64,000 bases of DNA from an uncultured Gammaproteobacteria bacterium (lineage in GTDB: Bacteria; Patescibacteriota; Patescibacteriia; UBA1558; S5-K13). Shown one piece after another: positions 20,690-30,132 of this stretch (position 1 is its first letter; every line of letters starts with the position of its first letter). The notes under the pieces are model-generated. The model made no database searches, was not told where the DNA came from, and saw only the letters and a program-made list of their open reading frames with translations. The DNA is taken from NCBI GenBank assembly GCA_964640635.1, contig CAZXFD010000004.1, positions 9,262 to 73,261 on the forward strand, read 5' to 3'. The translations under genes and the position numbers were made by a program.

Positions 20690-20822
20690 TATTCCTCCAA
20701 GTAATTTTTTTATATCTTAGTATCAAAATAAGAATTTGTCAACTCTTTAAATTATTATAAAAATTGAGTATAATTATATTAATAATATGCTTTAATTTAG
20801 CTATTTTTACTTATAAAGAAAT

Positions 20823-22322
20823 ATGAACACTATGGAAGAAAAAACAATTAATCCTAGCGATGAATATGCGATTAGACTAAAACGCTTAGAGGAAATAAGA
20901 GCTCTTGGTATAGACCCATATCCAGCAAGATGCAAGAGGACTCATGAGATAGAAAAAGTATTAGAGAGCTTTGAGGACTTAGAAAGTAAGAATAAAGAAA
21001 TTGTTCTTGTGGGACGTATAAGAAGTGTAAGGGGTCATGGAAACCTTACTTTCTCTCAACTACAAGATGAATCATCTTCAATTCAGCTCGCTATTTCAAA
21101 AAAAGAAATAGGAGTAGAGGAATACAAAAATTTTGCAAACCTTATTGATGTAGGTGATTTTTTAGAAATTCATGGAACATGTTTTGTAACACATAAAGGT
21201 GAGAAAAGTATAATGGTAAAAAAATATGTTTTGATCAGCAAAACACTATTACCACTTCCTGAAAAATTTCATGGTCTTAAAGATATTGATACACGATATA
21301 GAAAAAGATATTTGGATCTTCTTGCAAACGAAGAGGTAAAACAAACTTTCATTGTAAGAAGTAGAATTATAAATTTTATAAGAGACTATTTTAATAAAGA
21401 AGGTTTCTTGGAGGTAGATACTCCAACGCTTCAATCAATTGCGGGCGGTGCTATTGCAAAACCATTTATTACTCATCATAATGCTCTTGATATAGATTTG
21501 TTCCTTCGCGTTGCACCAGAGCTGTATTTAAAAAGACTTATTATAGGTGGTTTTGAAAAAGTATATGAGATAGCAAGATGTTTTAGAAATGAAGGAATTG
21601 ATAATACTCACAATCCTGAATTTACTCAAATAGAGTTTTATTGGGCATACAAGGACTACGAATTTTTGATGGAATATATGCAAACCTTTATGGAAAAAAT
21701 GGTAAAGACTATTAAGGGGGATACAAAAATAATGTTTAATGGCAGTGAAATTGATTTTAAGGGGCCATACAAAAAAATAGATTTTAGCGGATCAATATTA
21801 GACGCAATTGGGATTGATATTGATAAGTTCGATACTGCATATGAACTTCGTCAAGAAGTAAAAGATAAAAAAATAAAGATTGATATGGCTGATTCATGGT
21901 CTTTAGGTAAGCTTCAAGATGAGCTTTATAAGCAATTTGTAAGACCAAACTTAATTCAGCCAGTTTACTTAATTAATCATCCGGTAGCCCTTTCACCTCT
22001 TGCAAAACAAATGAAAGATAATCCAAAACACGTTGAAAGATTTCAGCTTGTTTTAGCCGGTGGAATTGAACTTATGAATGCTTTTTCAGAGCTTAATGAT
22101 CCAATAGATCAAGAAGTTAGATTTGGCTCACAAGTAAAAGACAAAAAAGGTGGAGATGAAGAAGCTCATGATTTTGACAATGATTTTATTGAAAGCTTAA
22201 AACACGGTCTTCCTCCAACAGCGGGTCTTGGAATGGGAATTGACCGTCTTACTTCAATTCTTACAGATAATCCAAATATCAAGGATGTGTTGTTGTTTCC
22301 ACTTATGAAACCGAAAGATTAA
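20823..22322 (+). CDS. lysS: Lysyl-tRNA synthetase (class II)
   Basis: YRKRYLDL, FRNEG..HNPEF, GLGMGIDRL motifs. Confidence 0.97.
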   Translation: MNTMEEKTINPSDEYAIRLKRLEEIRALGIDPYPARCKRTHEIEKVLESFEDLESKNKEIVLVGRIRSVRGHGNLTFSQLQDESSSIQLAISKKEIGVEEYKNFANLIDVGDFLEIHGTCFVTHKGEKSIMVKKYVLISKTLLPLPEKFHGLKDIDTRYRKRYLDLLANEEVKQTFIVRSRIINFIRDYFNKEGFLEVDTPTLQSIAGGAIAKPFITHHNALDIDLFLRVAPELYLKRLIIGGFEKVYEIARCFRNEGIDNTHNPEFTQIEFYWAYKDYEFLMEYMQTFMEKMVKTIKGDTKIMFNGSEIDFKGPYKKIDFSGSILDAIGIDIDKFDTAYELRQEVKDKKIKIDMADSWSLGKLQDELYKQFVRPNLIQPVYLINHPVALSPLAKQMKDNPKHVERFQLVLAGGIELMNAFSELNDPIDQEVRFGSQVKDKKGGDEEAHDFDNDFIESLKHGLPPTAGLGMGIDRLTSILTDNPNIKDVLLFPLMKPKD

Positions 22323-22374
22323 TTGTTTAATAGGATAATTGTTTGATAGATTAATAGATAATAGGAAATATAAT

Positions 22375-23049
22375 ATGAAAAAAGCAATAATTTTATCAGT
22401 ATTTTTGTTGATAATTTTAACCGGGTGTAAAAATTCTAGTAATGTCAAATTAGAAACAAAAATAGAAGAAAATAATATTAATAATTTATCAATAGAAAAT
22501 ATGACAACAGAAGAGAAAAACGTTTCTACAAGTACTCCAATAGGTGATATAAAAGAAAATATGAGAGTAGTTATGAAAACAAGTAAAGGAAATATAGAAC
22601 TTGAATTATATAAAGACAAGACACCTATTACGGTAGATAATTTTTTGAAGCTAATGAATGAGGGATTCTATAAAAATATCAAGTTTCATAGGGTTATAGA
22701 AAATTTCATGATTCAAACAGGAGATCCTAGTACTCGCGGAGTAGAGGGAAAAGACTTTGTTTACGATCCATATAATAATCCAAACAAATTACCAATCGCA
22801 GGAACTGGAGGTCCTGGATATACATTTAAAGATGAATTTAGTTCAGATTTGAAATTTGATAGACCAGGCAGACTTGCAATGGCAAACTCAGGACCAAATA
22901 CAAACGGATCTCAAATTTTTATAACCCACGTTCCAACTGACTGGCTAAATGGAGCGCATACTATTTTTGGACAAGTAATAAGTGGTCAAGAAGTTGTAAA
23001 TTCCATTGTTCAGGGCGATTATATTATTGACATTACCGTTGAAAAATAA
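22375..23049 (+). CDS. Cyclophilin-type peptidyl-prolyl isomerase, lipoprotein
   Basis: Lipobox LTGC after ATG 22375; FHRVIENFMIQTGD, MANSGPNTNGSQ motifs. Confidence 0.9.
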   Translation: MKKAIILSVFLLIILTGCKNSSNVKLETKIEENNINNLSIENMTTEEKNVSTSTPIGDIKENMRVVMKTSKGNIELELYKDKTPITVDNFLKLMNEGFYKNIKFHRVIENFMIQTGDPSTRGVEGKDFVYDPYNNPNKLPIAGTGGPGYTFKDEFSSDLKFDRPGRLAMANSGPNTNGSQIFITHVPTDWLNGAHTIFGQVISGQEVVNSIVQGDYIIDITVEK

Positions 23050-23138
23050 CTTTAAATAAGAAGTATAAAGAATGAAGTGTTAAGAATTGTGCTATTTATA
23101 AATTCTAACTTCATACTTCTAACTTCAAACTTAACACT

Positions 23139-24374
23139 ATGTTAGATATAAAACGCATACGCGAACAAAAAAGTGAAGTTGAAAGCGCGCTATTAAAGAG
23201 AATGGAAAAAGTTGATTTGGATTCAATAATACTTCTTGATGACAAAAGAAAAGAACTGGTCGCTAAAACAGATGACCTAAAAGCAGAAAAAAATAAATGC
23301 AGCAAGACAAAACCATCGGAGGAAATTATTTCTAAAATGAAAAATCTTGGAGAAGAACTTAAAGAATTAGAGGAAAAATTAAAAAACGTTGAATTGGAAT
23401 TAAATGAAAAATTGTCAGAGCTTCCAAATACGCCACTTGATGAAGTAGTCTCAGGTGGAAAAGAAAACAACAAAGTAATTTATACATATAGCAAGAAACC
23501 AGAATTTAAATTTGAAACAAAAGATCATATTGAGCTTTGTAAAAACTTAGGACTTATTGATTATGAAAGAGCTGTAAAGATGTCTGGATCTGGTTTTTGG
23601 TGTTATACAGATAAGGGAGCAATGCTTGAATGGGCCTTACTAAATTATTTCAAAGACTATCACTATAGAAATGGATATAAGTTTATGATACCCCCATTTT
23701 TACTAAACGAAGCGTCTGCCTATGCTTCAGGTCATTTGCCAAAATTTGGTGAAGATTTGTTTTGGACACAAGACAAACTTTGTCTTAATGCAACAAGTGA
23801 AATGATGATAAACAATTACCATAGAGATGAGATATTGGACGAATCAAAATTACCACTTAAATATTTTGCATACTCAGCTTGTTTTAGAAGAGAAGCTGGA
23901 AGTTATCGTGCAGAGGAGAGGGGTATGATAAGAGGACATCAATTTAATAAAATAGAAATGTTTCAATTTGTAAAAAAAGAAAATTCTGCTAAGGCTTTTG
24001 ATGAGATGTTGGGACACGCAAGAAAATTACTTGAAGGACTTGGTCTTCATTTTCAAATTTCTGCTCTTGCAGCAGGGGACTGTTCTGCGGCTATGGCAAA
24101 GACATATGATGTAGAAATTTGGATTCCAAGTATGAAAATATACAAAGAAGTAAGTAGTGCATCAGTAGCTCTCGATTATCAAGCAAGAAGATCAAATATA
24201 AGATATAAGAACAAAGAGGCTGATAAAAATGAATTTGTTCACACTCTAAATGCATCAGGGCTTGCTACTAGTCGTATTTTTCCAGCATTGTTAGAGCAAT
24301 GTCAAAGATCTGATGGATCAATAAAGATTCCAAAAGTACTTCATAAATATTTGCCGTTTAAAGAAATAAAATAA
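23139..24374 (+). CDS. serS: Seryl-tRNA synthetase
   Basis: MLDIKRIR, FRREAGS, HQFNKIE, HTLNASGLA motifs. Confidence 0.97.
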   Translation: MLDIKRIREQKSEVESALLKRMEKVDLDSIILLDDKRKELVAKTDDLKAEKNKCSKTKPSEEIISKMKNLGEELKELEEKLKNVELELNEKLSELPNTPLDEVVSGGKENNKVIYTYSKKPEFKFETKDHIELCKNLGLIDYERAVKMSGSGFWCYTDKGAMLEWALLNYFKDYHYRNGYKFMIPPFLLNEASAYASGHLPKFGEDLFWTQDKLCLNATSEMMINNYHRDEILDESKLPLKYFAYSACFRREAGSYRAEERGMIRGHQFNKIEMFQFVKKENSAKAFDEMLGHARKLLEGLGLHFQISALAAGDCSAAMAKTYDVEIWIPSMKIYKEVSSASVALDYQARRSNIRYKNKEADKNEFVHTLNASGLATSRIFPALLEQCQRSDGSIKIPKVLHKYLPFKEIK

Positions 24375-24402
24375 ATACTTTTTAATTTTTGATTATTAAG
24401 CA

Positions 24403-25449
24403 ATGTTTAAAAAGGATTTCAATAGACAAAGAAAATTTTATAAAGGATCTTATAGATCTAATTCTTTTCAGCGAGAAAATGTTTTAAATAGAAGACATGT
24501 TAATAGATATTTTGATAAGCAAAGTTCTTATAGTTGGCAAACAAAGGTGCTATATACTTTTTTATCATTTGTGGTTTTGTATTTGATATATTTTTTATTT
24601 TTTTCAAGTTATTTTATAATAGACAGCGTTGTAGTAGAGGGTAGTGATAGAATTGAAGCGCCTTATATAAAACAATTGGCATTTGATACGATCAATAAAA
24701 AAAGATTATTAATATTTAAAAATAATAATTATTTTCTTTTTAGTTCAAAGCAAATTAGAAAAGAATTAGAAAAAAATAATTCATTGGAATCTTTGGATAT
24801 AGAAAGAAAATATTTTTCTACTATATTTGTAAAGATAAAAGAAAAAGAAGCTAAGTTTGCATATCTTGTTAATAATAATTTTTATCTTGTAGATAAGGAG
24901 GGTAATATAATTGCAAGAGTTGAGGAAAACAATAAGGAACTAAAATCTACTGGTATTGTAATAAAAACAATATCTAAACAAGGCATTGTTAACCAAAAGG
25001 AAATAGATGATCAAAATGCTAGAGCGGTAAAAGATGATTTAAAATATAAAAATACCAGTTCAACGATTTATGTTTATACTACTTCAAATGGAACAACAAC
25101 AGAGGTTAAAGAAGAATCAAGAGTGATACCACAAGTACAGGATATTTACTCGGATTTACCACAAATGGGGAATAGTATTTTTGATAAATCAATAGCAGAA
25201 AGAATTGCTTATATAGATGAAAGTTATAAAAGCAAAATAAAAGATAGTAAAATAGAAAATTATGAATATGATAGCTTAAAAGAAGGTTATATAACAATGA
25301 TAGATAGGGGTATTAAGGTGTATTTTAAATTAGATGAAAATTTGGAATTTCAAATATCAAACTTATCGCAATATTTTTCAAAAAATTCTGATATAAAAAA
25401 TTTAAAATATATTGACTTGAGACAGAAAGATCAGGTTATTATAAAATAA
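24403..25449 (+). CDS. FtsQ/DivIB-like POTRA protein
   Basis: Single TM, F.I..V.VEG POTRA start, C-terminal YIDLR. Confidence 0.75.
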   Translation: MFKKDFNRQRKFYKGSYRSNSFQRENVLNRRHVNRYFDKQSSYSWQTKVLYTFLSFVVLYLIYFLFFSSYFIIDSVVVEGSDRIEAPYIKQLAFDTINKKRLLIFKNNNYFLFSSKQIRKELEKNNSLESLDIERKYFSTIFVKIKEKEAKFAYLVNNNFYLVDKEGNIIARVEENNKELKSTGIVIKTISKQGIVNQKEIDDQNARAVKDDLKYKNTSSTIYVYTTSNGTTTEVKEESRVIPQVQDIYSDLPQMGNSIFDKSIAERIAYIDESYKSKIKDSKIENYEYDSLKEGYITMIDRGIKVYFKLDENLEFQISNLSQYFSKNSDIKNLKYIDLRQKDQVIIK

Positions 25450-25646
25450 CCCCACTCTAATATTATACTCAGTTATTTTAATACACTCTTCAAAGAGGGG
25501 CGAGGTGTTATAATAAGTATTAACGCTAGCTATAAAAAGAACTTAGGAATAATACTAAATTTTTAATTAAAGAGATTGTTATGAAAGGATCTTTATTATG
25601 GGTATTAACCGGGGTATTGTATGAAGTCTTAAATAGCTCTATAATA

Positions 25647-25674
25647 ACTGAGTGTAAGGGATATTATACTCAAT
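25647..25674. other. dif-like tyrosine-recombinase site (11-6-11)
   Basis: ACTGAGTGTAA-GGGATA-TTATACTCAAT; inverted arms with TAA-N6-TTA core, 19 bp before the xer ATG. Confidence 0.75.
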
Positions 25675-25693
25675 TAAATATACATCAATATAT

Positions 25694-26647
25694 ATGCTTA
25701 AAAGCGTAAAAGGAAGCACTACTCTACCATTATTTGAAGAATATCTTCTTCATCTTCAAGTTAACAATTTTTCCAACGAAACAATTTATAATTACGAAAG
25801 AGATCTTAAGGTTTTTGATAATTTTTTGATATCTGAAAATATAAAATTTGATAAGTTAAGTAAACTCTATATAGATAGATATAAGGCGTATCTTTTCTCA
25901 ATAGATAGGTCAACTAGTAATAACCATGAAAATCATGGAAAGCTATCATCTTATTCAACAAATAGAATGCTGTCCTCGCTTAGATCTTATTTGAGATATT
26001 TGATAGAAAATGATTATAAAACTTCTATTTTGCCGGAGCATGTAAAACTCGTTAAAAATATCAAAAAACATCCAAAGACACCGGAGTTTAATGAATTAGT
26101 AAGGCTTATTGAAGCACCAACCGAAATAGAAAAAAATAAAACAGTTGCAGTGCGAAATAGGGCTATGCTAGAACTCCTCTTTTCAACGGGAATGAGAATT
26201 TCAGAGCTTGTTAATTTGAACAAAGATCAGATAGATTCACAGGGAAGAATATTTATTTTAGGAAAAGGAAAAAAAGAAAGATTTGTTTATATGACAGAGA
26301 GATCAAAAAAATATTTGAAAGAATATATGGAAATTCGTAAAGATATATCAAAAAGATTATTTGTTCCAATAAGGGGTAGAAATACGTCTAAAAAAGATGT
26401 GCGCGTCTCAACAAATTATATGCAATATAGAATTAAATATTATAGAGATATTCTTAATATCAATGTTCCAATTAGTGCGCATTCGCTTCGTCATGGTTTT
26501 GCAACTTATTTAGCAGAAAATGGTGCAAGCCCCGCAGCTATTCAAATACTGCTTGGTCATGAATCATTAGATACTACAACGCGATATGTGCATGCCTCAG
26601 ATAGATTTGCTGAGAGTGTTCATAAAAAATTTCATCCTTTAAAATAG
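25694..26647 (+). CDS. XerC/D-family tyrosine recombinase
   Basis: TGMRISE, GKGKKER, HSLRH, LLGH, TRY catalytic residues intact. Confidence 0.92.
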   Translation: MLKSVKGSTTLPLFEEYLLHLQVNNFSNETIYNYERDLKVFDNFLISENIKFDKLSKLYIDRYKAYLFSIDRSTSNNHENHGKLSSYSTNRMLSSLRSYLRYLIENDYKTSILPEHVKLVKNIKKHPKTPEFNELVRLIEAPTEIEKNKTVAVRNRAMLELLFSTGMRISELVNLNKDQIDSQGRIFILGKGKKERFVYMTERSKKYLKEYMEIRKDISKRLFVPIRGRNTSKKDVRVSTNYMQYRIKYYRDILNINVPISAHSLRHGFATYLAENGASPAAIQILLGHESLDTTTRYVHASDRFAESVHKKFHPLK

Positions 26648-26689
26648 CTTCCACGTATAAAAAATTTACTGCCTAAAAATTTTTAAAAT

Positions 26690-26726
26690 AAAAAAACAAG
26701 ACAATTTTAAATGATCTTGTTTTTTT
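26690..26726. terminator. Bidirectional terminator between xer and the M23 gene
   Basis: aaaaaacaaga...tcttgtttttt inverted repeat. Confidence 0.6.
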
Positions 26727-26751
26727 AAATTCTTTTTATAAGTGGGGGGGG

Positions 26752-27954
26752 TTATAGATAGTTTAATGGGTTTACAGGGGTACCATTTGCTCTAACTTCA
26801 AAATGTAAATGTGGACCAGTTGTAAGTCTACCCGCACCAAGTGTTCCTGGCATACCACCGGATAGCCCTATTATATCACCCTGGACTACAAAGTCCCCAG
26901 TTTTGGTGCTTATTTTAGATATGTGTCCATATACAGTAGATAAACCATTGTTATGGACTATCATAATATAATTGTATCCATAGCCATTATCTTTTGCTAT
27001 TGCAATATATCCAGATGCAGCGGCTCTAACGGGCGTTCCTTGCCCACCTCTTATATCAATAGCGGGATGCTCAAAAATACTTCTAAAAGGATATTCTGGA
27101 TCGTGAAAATATGTAGTGACTGTTTTAGATGGAACTGGCCAAATAAGTGTTTCATTACCTTGAGTTTTGTTAGTATTTTTTTTGGCTAATAATTCTCTAG
27201 CCTTTTGTTCATATGAAGCTATTAAATTATTTGCGTCATTTTGTTCTTTGCGAAGTTCCGCGAGAAGTTTATTGAATTTTTTTTCATCACTTTCTGCTCT
27301 AGATAAAAACATAAATTTTGCACCTTGTTCATCTTTTAGTTTATCTTGTTCTGTGCTTAACTGGGTTTTTAGTCTCTCTAACTCTTGTTTTGATTTTGTT
27401 AGGCTATCATTTTTTTGCGTTAGCCAGCTTTGTAGATTTTTTAATTTTTCTATTTTATCAAGTAGATTTGATTGCAGGGATTTTAGTTTGCTAATTTCAT
27501 CAAAAAAGTCACTTAAATTTTGATTTAATAATAGAACTTTAAGTGAGTTATTGGTATCCTCTTCTTTGTATAGTTGACGAAGAGATTCTTTTATGTTTTC
27601 TTTTGAAATAGTTAATTCGTTTTGTTTTTTTTCTAGTTCTAGATTGGTTGCTTTTATTTCTAGTTCAAGATTTTCTATTTGTAAGTTGGTTGTTTCTATG
27701 CCAATAGTGCGAGAAGCAATTTTTGTGTTTAATATAGAAATTTCATTATTTAGACTGACACCTTCTTGTTGTTTTTGTTTAATTTTATTTTGATATATGA
27801 GTTGTTGTTTGTTTAGATTGTCTATAGTACTCTTTTTTTCGTTTATTATACGATTTAAGTCCTCTATTGTCTCAGATTTTGTATTGGAAAATGGTAAAAA
27901 TAGCAAAGATATAATTGCTGAGTAAAAAAGTATTTTTGTTTTTGTGTTGCTCAT
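26752..27954 (-). CDS. Coiled-coil M23 peptidase (EnvC-like)
   Basis: Signal peptide, long coiled coil, HPAID, YGH, TGPHLHFEV. Confidence 0.9.
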   Translation of the reverse strand: MSNTKTKILFYSAIISLLFLPFSNTKSETIEDLNRIINEKKSTIDNLNKQQLIYQNKIKQKQQEGVSLNNEISILNTKIASRTIGIETTNLQIENLELEIKATNLELEKKQNELTISKENIKESLRQLYKEEDTNNSLKVLLLNQNLSDFFDEISKLKSLQSNLLDKIEKLKNLQSWLTQKNDSLTKSKQELERLKTQLSTEQDKLKDEQGAKFMFLSRAESDEKKFNKLLAELRKEQNDANNLIASYEQKARELLAKKNTNKTQGNETLIWPVPSKTVTTYFHDPEYPFRSIFEHPAIDIRGGQGTPVRAAASGYIAIAKDNGYGYNYIMIVHNNGLSTVYGHISKISTKTGDFVVQGDIIGLSGGMPGTLGAGRLTTGPHLHFEVRANGTPVNPLNYL

Positions 27955-27996
27955 TGATTTTATTATAGCATTGTGAATAATATTTAAAAAGCTATA

Positions 27997-28689
27997 TTAT
28001 TGATTTTTTAAATATTGTTTTATTTTCTCTATTTGTTCTTCTGTTTCCGTTTTTTGTTTTTCATCGTTTATCATTTGTATGTGTCTTTGTGAGTTTTTTA
28101 TACCTGTTGATATTGATTTTTGGACTTGTTCATCGGCCATTAAATCATTTGAAATAGATGCCACAGATATTATATCAAACACTATTTGAAATGACCCTGT
28201 TGTTAGGGCGCTACAGATAAATTTTTTGAGGGCACTCTGTATTTCGTCAGACGAGGCAATCACTGTTGTGTCAAAGGAGAATTTTTTTATAATATTTTTT
28301 ATACATTTATAATTTTGAGGTATATTATAATAAGTTTGAGGTGTATTTAGTAGATTTATTATACATTTTTCTAGAATACTTTGTATTTTTTGTGGGTCAA
28401 GCTTATCTCTTGATATTTCGAAAACATTAAATTCATTGTTTAAAAAAAGAGCAAAAGCAGGGTTGCTAATTAATATATTTTCTATAGTTTTTATCAATAC
28501 ATTTTGAAATTCATCGGTGTGCGTCAATTCATCTGGTAATTTATTATTTTCTATCATGTTTGAAATGGCTTCTATATTTTGAGAATTTAAACATATTTGT
28601 AATTTTTTTAGAGTATCTTTATTTTGTTGCTCTTTTTTATTTTTTGTTCCGGTTATTTGTTCTGTATTTGTAAATGTAAATCCAAACAT
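27997..28689 (-). CDS. Hypothetical helical protein
   Basis: 230-aa ORF directly downstream of gltX; no recognised motif. Confidence 0.6.
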   Translation of the reverse strand: MFGFTFTNTEQITGTKNKKEQQNKDTLKKLQICLNSQNIEAISNMIENNKLPDELTHTDEFQNVLIKTIENILISNPAFALFLNNEFNVFEISRDKLDPQKIQSILEKCIINLLNTPQTYYNIPQNYKCIKNIIKKFSFDTTVIASSDEIQSALKKFICSALTTGSFQIVFDIISVASISNDLMADEQVQKSISTGIKNSQRHIQMINDEKQKTETEEQIEKIKQYLKNQ

Positions 28690-28697
28690 ATATTTAA

Positions 28698-30128
28698 TTA
28701 GCTAGTTAGTTTATCTAGGGCAATGTTTAATCTAGTTAGACTTTCATTTTTACCCAAAACCCAGAGTATCTCGGCAGGAGAGGGGCTTTTTTCTAGTCCT
28801 GATAAGGCTATTCTTACTGGCCAAAATACATCGCCAGGCGTTAAACTATTTTTAGTGACCATGTTTTTTAAAACGCTATTTAAATCATTTTCAGTCCATT
28901 TACTATCCTCTACTTGTTCTAAGATTTTTGTAGATATTTGCAGACCCTTTATAGTTGTTTCTTTGTCACTTTTTTTAAATATTAGCATATCTGTGTGATA
29001 GTCTGGAATATCAAATATGAAATTAGATAATCCTTTTAATTCTAATAGATTGTTTAGTCTCGAGGAAAATATTTTTACTATATCCTCTATTTTGTCAGAT
29101 TTATCCAAAATATTTTTTGCAAAATCAATTATATATTTATAATTTTTTTTGTTTTCTTTTTTATTGGCGACAATATTTCTAATATACTCTGCATTTATCC
29201 AGTTTAATTTACTTATATCAAAAACAGCACCAGCTTTATTTATTTTTTCAATTGAAAAATCTTTTATTAGCTCATCCATTGAATAAATTTCTTTTTCTGT
29301 TTTTGGGTTCCATCCTAAAAATGCAACATAATTTAATAATGCCTGAGGTAGGTATCCTTTTTTTATAAAATCCTCAGCGGCAACATCCCCCTGTCTTTTG
29401 GATAGCTTGCTTCTATCAGGATTTAGTAGTAGTGGAAGGTGAACAAATTTTGGCATTTCCCAACCAAACATTTGGTATAGCAGAATATGTTTTGGTGTTG
29501 AAGGAAGCCATTCATCGCCTCTTATTACGTGAGTAATTTTCATTTCATGATCATCTACTACAACAGCAAGGTGGTATGTTGGAAATCCATCAGATTTTAT
29601 TAAGACCTGGTCATCTATATCGCGAGTATTTATTTTTATTTTCCCATAGACAAGATCTTCAAATACAATATCAAGATTATCTGGTAATTTTAATCTTATT
29701 ACGTAGTCTTCTCTGTTTTTTAGTTTTTGTTCGACCTCTTCTTTCGAAAGAGCTAGGCAATGTCTATCGTATTTTGGGACTTGTTTATTTTTTTCTTGAT
29801 CGGACCTTACTTTATCGAGTCTTTCTTTGGTGCAAAAACAATAATAAGCTTTATTCTCTTTTAATAATTGTTCGGCAAATTTTCTATATATTTTGAGTCT
29901 TTCTGATTGATAAATTGGACCTTCATCAAAATTTAGTTTAAAAGATTGGATTACTTTCACGAGATCTTTATCGGCATTTTCTATATATCTAGATCTATCT
30001 GTGTCTTCTATCCTGAGTGCAAATTTACCATTTTGGTTTTTTGCAAACAAATAATTATAAAGAGCAGTTCTAAGTCCACCTATGTGTAGATATCCAGTTG
30101 GAGATGGGGCAAAACGTGTTTTTATCAT
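28698..30128 (-). CDS. gltX: Glutamyl-tRNA synthetase
   Basis: RFAPSPTGYLHIGG and KLSKR motifs. Confidence 0.97.
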   Translation of the reverse strand: MIKTRFAPSPTGYLHIGGLRTALYNYLFAKNQNGKFALRIEDTDRSRYIENADKDLVKVIQSFKLNFDEGPIYQSERLKIYRKFAEQLLKENKAYYCFCTKERLDKVRSDQEKNKQVPKYDRHCLALSKEEVEQKLKNREDYVIRLKLPDNLDIVFEDLVYGKIKINTRDIDDQVLIKSDGFPTYHLAVVVDDHEMKITHVIRGDEWLPSTPKHILLYQMFGWEMPKFVHLPLLLNPDRSKLSKRQGDVAAEDFIKKGYLPQALLNYVAFLGWNPKTEKEIYSMDELIKDFSIEKINKAGAVFDISKLNWINAEYIRNIVANKKENKKNYKYIIDFAKNILDKSDKIEDIVKIFSSRLNNLLELKGLSNFIFDIPDYHTDMLIFKKSDKETTIKGLQISTKILEQVEDSKWTENDLNSVLKNMVTKNSLTPGDVFWPVRIALSGLEKSPSPAEILWVLGKNESLTRLNIALDKLTS

Positions 30129-30132
30129 AAGA

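Noticed and set aside
25694-26647. Phage or integron integrase
   Set aside because: No adjacent tRNA/att, phage genes, IntI insertion or attC array; housekeeping context and the dif-like site favour Xer
26647-26752. Firm call of the replication terminus
   Set aside because: Gene orientation flips here, but spot-checked codon skew (G-ending codons in proS, C/A-ending in ctpA) did not clearly invert; needs a computed GC skew
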